Shown piece by piece: positions 35,601 to 45,600 of a DNA stretch of 64,000 nt. The DNA comes from Chrysochromulina tobinii. Taxonomy: Eukaryota. Position numbers and translations under genes: made by a program. The number at the start of each line of letters is the position of its first letter. The first letter of the stretch is position 1. The DNA is taken from contig JWZX01003118.1 in NCBI GenBank assembly GCA_001275005.1, positions 1-64,000 on the forward strand, given 5' to 3'. Under the pieces are notes generated by a model, which was not told where the DNA came from, made no database searches, and saw nothing but the letters and a program-made list of their open reading frames with translations.

Positions 35601-38600
35601 CCGTGTACTACCCAAAGGTGCTCCTGCTCAACACCGCCACGTTTGGGCGCCACGTGCGTACTCTGCTCACCGAGGTGTATGGCGGTGCGCGCGTGCAAGT
35701 CCTTGGCTGCCTCGAGCGCTGCGTCGAGCTCGAGGTCGGGAGCGCCACGCAGGAGGAGCGGCTGCGCGTGCGCATCCAGGACTTCGTCGCCGACGCGTCG
35801 CAGCGCTCGCATGCTCTGCACTCGCTCAACGCGTATGAACGCCTCTTGGCGCACCGGATTGCGGAGGAGCTCGGGCTGGTCTCAGAAAGCGCGTCTCACG
35901 GAGACGGCCAGGAGCGCTTCATCACCCTCTACAAGAGGGGCTCCGGAAACGCTTCTGTGCGCGCGCACGTGGCGCCGCCGACGACGCGGCCGGCAGAAGC
36001 CGAGGCCATGGACGTCGACGCGGACGGCGCACCCTCCTTTAAGGTGGAGCTCAGTACGAGGGAGCTGCAGCTCATCCTGCAGCAGCAGCAAGGGGATGTG
36101 CAGATCGCCGCCTTGCGCCTCGTGACTGCCTTTTGCAAAGCGCGCGGTGCGCTCGTGGTGGCGCCGTACGTGACCGTGCTCAACACGGCGTTCGACGGGC
36201 ACAAGGACAAGGAGACGCGTTCGTTGCACCTGCGTCTGCTGATGAAGATCCGCGAGGATCCGGCAGTCCAGATGCACTCGCCCGCGATGACGGACGCTGC
36301 GACGGCATCGCTGCTGCGTGGCCTGAGCGACCCTGATGAGGGAGCACGATGCGTCTCATGTGCGGCCCAGCATGGCGGCAGCGGCGGGCGGCCTGTGCCC
36401 GGCTGCTGGCGCTGCACGCAGGGGCTGCGCGCGGAGGTGGTCACCTTTTGGAATCAGAGCGTGCTCACGAACCAGCTGAAAGATCGAATGATCTCTTGCT
36501 TTGGCGAGCTGCATGCGCCCGCTGTCGAGTCGCGATGGCTGCACTACTGCGGCGTGCTGATGCTGCAGCTCCCTCTCGACTCGCCGAACGCGGGCACGTG
36601 CACCACGCCACCGCTCGTCGATAAGGACGGCAAGCCGATCGCCTTCACGACCAACACGGCCGCCGTACCGGATGCCAATTCGTCCTCCGTCGCCATGCGC
36701 CCGTGGGGCTCACTGTCGCAGTCGCAGTCGTCGCAGGATGACGGGGGCTTAGGCCCATTGCGTGCCACGCAGTCGCAGCGCCTCTTCACACAGACGCAGA
36801 CGCAGGGCGGCGGCACTGGCGGCGTGGGACTCCCCATGACTTACTCGACACAGGACGCCTCGGGGTGCCCCGATGGTGTTGTGGGGCACGGCCACTCGGC
36901 GCGTCGCCCCGCCCGTGCCCCTCTTCCACCCGTCCTCGGCGTCACAGGCTCCGTCGGCAGCGGCGGGCGGCGCGGTGGCCTCACAGGGCGACCGCTCCCA
37001 AGATGCCTTCTCGCAGCCGTTGGGGTCGCAGGCCCCCGATGATGTGGCGCTTGGCAAGCGGTTCAAGCCCAAGCTTGCCTCTGGCTCGTCCGCCGAAGTG
37101 AACCTCGTCGCCCTCCGCCGCTCGCGCGCCCTAGCCGCTACGAGGCGCAGCGGTGCGGCGGTGGGAGCCTTCCGCACAAATTACCGCAAGGGGGAGCTGC
37201 CCGACGTCGAGATCTCGCCACGCGACATGCTCTTGCCTCTGCAGGCGCTCGTGCACCACGATCCGCTTGTCGCCAAGCTGACTTTCACACAGCTGTACAC
37301 CACAGTACGTCAACAGTTCTCGGCCGACTCCAAGGCGATCGAAGGGTTGCATAGAGGCGTCACGTCGCTCCTGGCCTCGCGGCACGGCGGGCCGGCCTTC
37401 GTTGGCTGCTTGCACGAGCTCGCTCTCTCCGAGCAGCACGAGCTCCAGTGGCTGCCCGCTGAACTCGTGGCCGAGTCGGCCAAGGCGAGCGGTAACCTAC
37501 ACTCGGGCATCTTGATCCTCGAGCAGCACCTCGCCCAGAGCGGAGGATTCGAGGGAGGACGCGGCCACGCAGACGGTGGAGCCGCCGAGGATGCGGAGAA
37601 CAGCGGCGGGCGCAAGGCGAAGCGCTCGCGCGATGTTGGCTCTACCGACGCTGGGTTCGCGGGCTCTCACGAGGCACGCCAGCGAGAGATGCAAGTCAAG
37701 GCCCAGCTCGCCGACCTGTACCGTGCGATTGGGGACGAGGATGTTGTGCGTGGCATCTCGTCGGAGATGGCCACCTCCGAGAACGTGCGGCGCGCTCTGG
37801 CTGCCGAGACGCGCGGAGATGCCTCCGAGGCTTTGAAGCACTACGAGAAGGCGCGCGCGCCGAAGGATGACGCCATGTTGGGCGCCATGGACGGCAGCAC
37901 CGGCAGCTGGAGCGCTGCGAGCGGCGCCCTCGGTGCGCTCCCTGAATGGGAGGCGAAGCTCATCGAACGTGGCTCGCTCGAGGCGCGTTCGCTGCTCGGC
38001 ATGGTGGACCCCAAGGCAAAGGACGCGCTGTTGAAGCTGTGGACACACGTGGCTCAGCAGACCACGGATCGCATGATCCACACGTGCGAGCCGTCTGTCG
38101 CGGCACGGCCTGGCGCAGCTGCTGCCCGTGCGGCCAGCAGCGATGCTCGCGGTCCGATGACGTTTGAGGGCTCGCTCTCTGAGGGCTGGGTGCGGACGTG
38201 GATCGTCGCGAGCGCCAAGGCGGACGGCGCGCAGAAGGCGATCGGATGGGGTGTGTGGCCCAATGAGCCCGCCGGCGCTCCGTGCCCGCAGCGCGACACG
38301 TCGCGGCTCCTCGATGCTGGCCACGGCGCGCTGCTACTCCTCGACCGCTTCGCCGTGGACGACCTGAATGCAATCCGCGCCCTGCTGCCTCGGTGCGCGC
38401 ACGCGTTCGTGCGTCGCTGGGCGACGCTGCACCCATTAGCCGAGCAGGCGCGCCTCGCCGAGCTGCTGCCGCTGCAGCTGCTCACCGAGGCGGCGGAGGT
38501 GACGAGCTTGCTCGAGGAGGCATCCACCTTGAGCGAGGACCCGATCAGCGGCGCCGTCGGCCAGTCGGCCGAGTTCACCAACCTGCTCCGCGCGTGGACC

Positions 38601-41600
38601 CAACGGCTCCCTTCGGTCACGCACCACAACACGAGCGTGTGGGACGACTTGATCTGTGCGCGCTCACGTCTGCTCGCCACGCTCCACCAGGCGACCCAAG
38701 AGCGCCTCAAGAGCTTCCAGTCGGGCCGCACCTTTGTCGACGGGCCCCAGCAGGCGACTCTGCTCAAGGCGTTCGAGCGGGAGCGAAACCGAGCGATGCT
38801 AACGCTGTATGAGGCGGCCGCCGCCGCCACGCGCGACCAGGGCAACTTTGGCGCGGCGGAGTCGTACATACGCGAGTCGGGGAACCTCCGACGCACCCTC
38901 GGGCTCACCAAAGACGACCCGTCGTTTGCGTGCTCTCTCTACCGTCTCATGCTGCAGCGCGAGCAGGCGCGCAGTGCCGAGGACGGTGGCGGTTGGAGCA
39001 AGACGCTACGGACGGTGCACACTGACGCGCAGCGCGTGGCCGCGCTCGTGGGCACCAGCGGGCCGAATGGCACGGCAGCCTCCCCGGCGGAGGTGTGCGA
39101 GCTCCGCACTGTACAAGCTTACGTGGCCTGGGAGCTCGCCGCATTGCCCTCCGCTGGCAGCGGGAGCAGCGCCGAGCTCACGGCGGGCGGCTCAACAGCG
39201 AGCGATCTCGTGCGTTCGGCATACGACCTGCTCAAGCAGAATGCGTCGCAGGCAGAGGGCCTGGGCTCGACGGCGGCGGACCTCAAGCGCCACGCGGCGA
39301 TGAGGCTTGAGCTCGTCGACCTCATCGACAAGGTCCTCACGTCGCCGAGGGCCGAGCTCTCGCCCGACGCGCTGCGGCTGCACAAGGCGGAGCTCACGGC
39401 GGTCGCGATTGAGCAGGTGGTGCGAGCGATGGCGGCTGGCTCACTCGCGGCTCGCGAGCGGCTGCCCTCGGCGCTTGCGCTCTGTCGTGGCGCGCCGGAG
39501 CTTTGGGCGCAGGCGACGGAGCTGCTCGAGCTGCCGCCGCTCTGGATGTCTCTCGCGTGGGCTCCGCAGATGATCGCCATGCTGTACGAGCCGCACGGCA
39601 CGGTGGTCGCGCCGCTGCTGCAAAAGCTCACCGCCGCCTACCCACAGGTGATTGCCTTTGATTGCCTTTGATTGTCTTTAATTGGACTTGATTGCCCCTC
39701 GATGGTCTTTGATTGCATTTGATGACCCTCACCGCCGCCTCCCCGCAGGCTCTCTACTTCCCGTACCACGTGTCTCGTGCCGCGCTGACCAAGGAGCTCA
39801 AATCCTCCGAACAGGCGCCGGGCGATGAGTCGGTCGCACCGCGGGCCGCCGCACTGCGCGCGATGGACAAGGCGCTGAGCTCGCCCATCATCGAGCGGCT
39901 CGTGGCGGGGCTGGCCGACCTGACGCACCCACACCTGCGCATGCAGGACTTGCTCAAGGAGCTCGTCGCCAAGCTCGAGGACGGCGACGGCGAGGGAGCG
40001 GCCGCTGCGTACCGGGCCGAACGCGCCGCATGGTTTGTGGAGCGTAAAGGAGCAGATGGCAAGGATGAGCGCGGCGACATGGTCATCAGCTTCGCCAAGC
40101 AATTCGTGCCGATGCTCGACGCGGTCTGCGGCAAGGACGGCGACAAGCTCAAGGTTGGTGCACCAGCCCTCAAGCCGCTCAGGGACGCGATCAGCAGGCA
40201 CATGAGCGCCGACATTCTCAGGGAGTGGGAGCTTCAGAGGGAGCAAAAGGCGTTTCGTCCTCATCAGGACGGCTCATCGCCGCTCAAGGCGCTCTCCTCC
40301 TTCCTCGCCCTCTACCAACGCTCCGATGCGGCCGCCGAAGGGCCGCTCGACTTCCTCGAGCTCCCCGGCCAATACGCGCGCGACACGCCGCCGCAGCCGA
40401 GCACGCACGTACGCCTCGAGGGATTCGCGCCGACGCTCCGAACGATGGCGTCGCTCCGTAAGCCCAAGTGCATCGTGCTGCATGGCTCGGATCAGAGGGA
40501 CTACCGCTTCCTCGCCAAGGGGGGCGAGGACCTCCGAATGGACCAGCGCGTGCAGATCCTGTTCGGCTCGATGGACCGCGCGCTGCACGCGCACGCGCCC
40601 GCGTCCAAGCGCGACCTCGGGCTGCGCACGTACGCGGTGTTGCCCCTCTCGGAGCACGTTGGCATCATCGAGTGGGTGCCGGACACGGAGACACTCAAGG
40701 GCCTGATCTCTAAGGAGGCCAAGGTCCATCCGATGGGCAGGGGCCCCAAGGGCGAGCCGTGCGATGAGATGGCGCAAGGATTTTACCTGACGGAGCTCTA
40801 CCCTCGCATCAAGGGCGACGCGACGGACTACCTCGGCAAGCTCAACGTGCGCCGCGAGAAGCTCGCCGCCAAGTTCACCGAGATTGTGGAGAAGGTGCCT
40901 GCAGATCTGCTCCAGCGCGCCGTCCACAAGCGCTCCGTCTCGTCCGAAGTGTACCTGGCGATGCGCGCGCGCTTTGCACGCTCCCTCGCGACCCTCACCG
41001 CGTGCATGCACATCCTGGGCATCGGCGATCGTCACCTGGACAACTTTTTGCTCCACACGCCCACGGGCAACGTGGTGGGCATCGACTTTGGGCACGCGTT
41101 CGGGTCGGCGACCTACCTTCTCCCTGTGCCGGAGCTCATGGGTGTGCGGCTCACGCGCCAGATCACAACCTTCCTGCGCCCGCTCGACACGCCGGTGCTC
41201 CTCAAAGGGCATATGGAAGTGACGCTCGAGGCGCTGCGTGGCCGGCGGGTCGACCTTATGCGCCTTCTCGAAGTCTTCCTCTCCGAACCCATCGTCGACT
41301 GGGAGGCCCAGACGCGTAAGCTCTCCGCTGAGCAGCGCAACAAGCTCGAGGCCGAAGCAGTGACCACTCAAGAGGGCGGGGCTGCCGCGCTGCTCGTCGC
41401 CGGCTCGGCCGTGCCCGATGCGGCGGCGCGTGGCGGCGTCAGCACCAGCTCCGGCGCCGCCCACGGCGGCGCCCACGGCGCCAGCATCAGCAGCGCTGCT
41501 GCGGCGGGTCGCAGTGCCAGCCGGCCCGGAAGCCTCGCGCCGGGGGGCACTGCCGTGACGCTCGGCTTCACTCGCAAGTGGGCGCATGAGAGGCTCCGTG

Positions 41601-41854
41601 CGGTCGAATGCAAGCTGCGCGGCGGCAACTCGGCGAAGCTCACGCTGCGCGACCTCGAGGCGTCGAATAACGGACACGTGAAGAAGGCGCTCGCGTCGCT
41701 CGAGGACGTGGTGCTCGGCCCCAATGGCTCGCGCAGAAGGGAGTGCGCGGCCGAGAACCTGACGGTGGCCGAGCAGGTCGACGTACTCATCGAGCAGGCC
41801 ACCGATCCGAACATCCTCGGGCGCACGTGGCAGGGCTGGGCGCCGTGGCTGTGA
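26660..41854 (+). CDS. PRKDC: DNA-dependent protein kinase catalytic subunit (~5000 aa); introns at ~36854-36947 (donor uncertain) and 39648-39748
   Basis: HEAT-region motifs PHISGFYRL, VLPRVVELA..EKAAACELL, HPSPMHRLG, YRELRE, SQ/TQ cluster and YRKGELPDVEI. Kinase region SLRKPKCIVLHGSD..FLAKGGEDLRMDQRVQ, ILGIGDRHLDNF and IDFGHAFG. FATC end EQVDVLIEQATDPNILGRTWQGWAPWL. YPQ|ALYFPY is restored by splicing. Confidence 0.93.
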
Positions 41855-42112
41855 AGAAGGTCGAGCCTAAGAAATACGATTGTGACTTAGTAGTTTGGTA
41901 GAACGCCCCGGGTACCGTAACAAATTACGTTTCACTACAATAACAGTCACTTGACGCTCATCGACATCACCCGGTAGGAAGCGCTATCAACGATATCTTG
42001 GAATCTACTCCCACTCAGGCGCACAAGTGCAGGCGCGGCGGCGAAAAGCAGTAGTACAGATACGTACGGTCCTCGGTCGACTGTATGCGGGTATGCTCAT
42101 CCGAGGTCATCA

Positions 42113-42166
42113 GGCATGATATGCTCGACCCATGATATGCTCGACTGTATGATATGCTCGACCCAT
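42113..42166. repeat. Short tandem repeat ATGATATGCTCGAC x3
   Basis: Three copies seen directly, downstream of the DNA-PKcs stop. Confidence 0.7.
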
Positions 42167-42387
42167 GCCCAAACCAGCCAAGCTCAGCAACCGCCGATCA
42201 AGTACTGCTCAGACACCACACCGTCCATGAGCACCACAAGTACGCTCCCCACGTCGCCTTCATTGAGATCCAAGGCACTCGCGTCGCTCATGTGAAAACC
42301 CATCTCCATCGCCCAACGGCCAGCTTCCCCTTGCCATGCCCAACCACTGCAGCCTCAGCATGCCATTGAATTCATTCTCAATGCCAG

Positions 42388-42494
42388 CGGATGGATGACG
42401 AACCCCCCGGCGGATGACGAACCTCGGCGGATGACGAACCCCCCCGGCGGATGACGAACTCCGGCGGATGACGAACACCGGCGGATGACGAACG
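42388..42494. repeat. Minisatellite (GGCGGATGACGAACn) x6 between convergent genes
   Basis: Six copies of GGATGACGAAC with short C-rich linkers of variable length. Confidence 0.85.
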
Positions 42495-42610
42495 CTCTCA
42501 CGTTGCTTGGTCGTGGTGAGCAGTTCGAGCACTCCCGTTGCATGCAATTGGAATGCACGCGTGGTGGGCCGAAGAGACGAGCTCTCACCACCCAGACGAG
42601 TTGATGCGAT

Positions 42611-45600
42611 CTAAATGTTGTCGAAGTGGTCGAGGACGGTCAGATCTTGAGCGGAGGACGATCTCGGCATCTTGAGCTCCTTAGTCGAGTGGTTCCGAAA
42701 GTCCTTCGCGTGCTGCAGCTGATTGGGTGCATGCAATGAGGGAGGCAATCAGCATGCAATCCGAAAGTCCTTCGCGTGCTGCAGCTGATTGGGTGCACGC
42801 ACGGCGGTATCCATCAGACGAGGGCGCTCAGCATGCAATGAGGGAGGCAATCAGCATGCAATCATCGCTCACCATATTGATTGCATGCACGGCGTCGCCA
42901 ATCGAGAGGAAGACCCAGCTGGCCTCATTGCCACACTGGTGGGCGACCTTGGAGAGGAGGCCCGAGCGCACCAGCGACCTGATGAGGGAGATCATCAGTG
43001 AGACGTCGTCAGAGGTCATCAGTGACGTCGTCAGAGGTCATCACTTGAGATCAAGGGAAATCATAGGCAATTAGCGTACCCCATGACGGAGTTGTTAGGG
43101 CCCGTGATGGTGAGGATGACTCCGCATGCATTGAGCTGTTCGGTGAAGCAATTAGAGGCAATTAGAGGTAATCATAGGCAATCAGATGCAATCGGAGGCA
43201 ATCAAGGTACCTGCTCGGTCAGCTCGGTGGCTAATCATAGGCAATCAGATGCAATCGGAGGCAATCAAGGTACCTGCTCGGTCAGCTCGGTGGCTAATCA
43301 TAGGCAATCAGATGCAATCGGAGGCAATCAAGGTACCTGCTCGGTCAGCTCGGTGGCCGTCTGGATGAAGGTCGAGTCGACAAAGGGCACCGCGCACATG
43401 TCGAGCACTACGCCCTTGATGAACTGGCAATCCGTCACCTGATGAGGGAGGCCATCGGGCGTCATTAGAGGTCATCAGAGGTCATCAGTGATCATCAGAG
43501 GCCTTCAGAGGCCATCACCTTGGTGGTGATCATGTGCGCCAGCCTCGGAGCGTTCCCAAAGAAGAGGGTGCCCTCTGGCTTGACGATGTAAATGTCCTGC
43601 GCAGGCGCCGCGCTCGTGTACTGCGAGACGGGCGCGTACTGTCCGGAAGGCATCCGGCCCAGCTCGTACCTGATGAGGAAGGTCATCAAAGGTCATTAAG
43701 GAAGTGGTCATCAGGGAGGCGATCAGTGTGGTCATTAGGGAGGTCATCAATGGTCATCAAAGGCAATTGAGGCAATTCGGCCATGAATTATGCAATTCGA
43801 GGCAATTCAAGGCAATTCGCGTGGTCATCAGTGGTCATCAGTGGTCATCAGTGGTCATCAGTGGTCATCAGTGGTCATGAGTGGTCATGAGTGGTCATCA
43901 GCGTACGTTGGCGAGAGGATGTTCTCGACGAGCAGCACGAGGAAGGAGGAGCTCGCCCCGATGAGCAGGCCTATCTCGACGCCGAGGAAGAGCACTCCGA
44001 TAAACGTGGTCACCTGATGAGGGAGGTCATCCGAGGGTCATCAGAGTGCTCATTAGAGGCAATCCATCGAAATCCATCGCAATCAGTGCCCACCCAGATG
44101 AACGCATCCTTGACGCTGTTGACCAGCAGCCACTTGAGGATTCCGAAGTCGATCAGGTTCTGCAGCGCGATGAGCACGACCGCCGAGAGGCAGTTTTGGG
44201 GCAGATAGAAGAAGACCTGATTGGGGAGGCAACATCGAGGTAGTCAGAGGTCCTCGTGGCAATCAGAGGTTATTCGTGGATGAAATTCATCTAGAGGGTG
44301 GGCAGCACTGATCTAATTAGGGAGGTGATCAGAGGCAATCAGAGGGTGGTCAGCACTTACGGGCGCGATGGACGCAATCTTGGTGATGATACCCACGAGG
44401 ATGGCGACGACGAGCACGGAGATGGGTGAGGTGGCCCCGACTTCGTCATTCAGAGCGGTCCGCGAGAAGGAGCCTGAGATTGGGTAGCCTCCGGTGATGG
44501 CTGAGAAGATGTTGGCGAAGCCAAGCGCGACGTACCTGATGAGGCAGACCATCAGTGGTCATCGGGCGTCATCAGAAGGTCACTAGACATCATCAGAGGT
44601 CATCAGAGGTCATCAGAGGCAATCAGAGGCAATCAGGAGCGACGTACTCCTGGGCCACGTCAGAGGTCATCAGTGGCAATCAGAGGCAATCAGAGGCAAT
44701 CAGGAGCGACGTACTCCTGGGCCACGTCGAGAGTATTGGGGCCGAGGTGGGTATTCTTTTGGGCCATGAGCTTCGCGATTGCAATCGACTCGAGGGACAT
44801 GACGATCGTGATGACGAACCTGATTAGGGGAGGCAATCTCAGGTCATTAGAGGTTCTCATCAGGGGCTCTCCGATATGGCTCGATCGTGATGACGAACGC
44901 GTTGATCAGCAACTCCCCCGAGGTGTGCTTCTCGAATTGAGGCCGAACGAAATTGGGAGGATCGCCGAATTCTCCGACGATTCCGATGCCACGTGTCGAG
45001 GGCCACGGCGTGAGGACGTACCTGATGAGGGCGGCCATCCGTCGTCATCAGGCCATTAGAAGCCATCAAAGGCATTAGAGGCCATTAGAGGGAGTAAATG
45101 GAAATAAAGCACGTACGAGGTGTTCCGATTGTCAATCTTCTTTGGCATCGGGACGCAGCCCGGGTTGTCCTTTCCGGGATAGTATCCGGTGATGATTCCT
45201 TGGAAGTTGACGGCGTACCTGATGACGGAGGCCGTCATATGCAATAAGAGGCAAATAGTGACTCTGTAGGGAAACAGCCCACGGCGGCCAGCGGGGCGGG
45301 GACGTATGCTCGCAATGAGTGGTAATCAGTGGTAGCCAGTGGTAGTCAAGTACGTACTAGTACTTGATCTTGGAGCTCGTGTTCCAGGCCTTTGCGTTAA
45401 TCAGTGGTACTCAGTGGTACTCGTGGTACTCATCAGTGGTATCTCTCAGAGGTAATCAAGTACGTACTTGATCTTGGAGCTCGTGTTCCAGGCCTTCGTG
45501 TTGTTCACAATCGACGGTACGAAGATGTTTGCGACGTTGGTGACCTGGTCGTAGTGCTCGCATCTGCCCAATTGGGGAGTTAGGGAGGTGCTCTCAGCAT

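Noticed and set aside
36873..41854. Treating the three DNA-PKcs ORFs as separate genes or a pseudogene
   Set aside because: Domains are collinear, the kinase and FATC are intact, and the breaks are explained by introns (39648-39748 clearly).
42388..42494. Regularly spaced repeats resembling a CRISPR array
   Set aside because: The repeat is about 14 nt with short C-rich linkers and no unique spacers; there are no cas genes and the context is eukaryotic.
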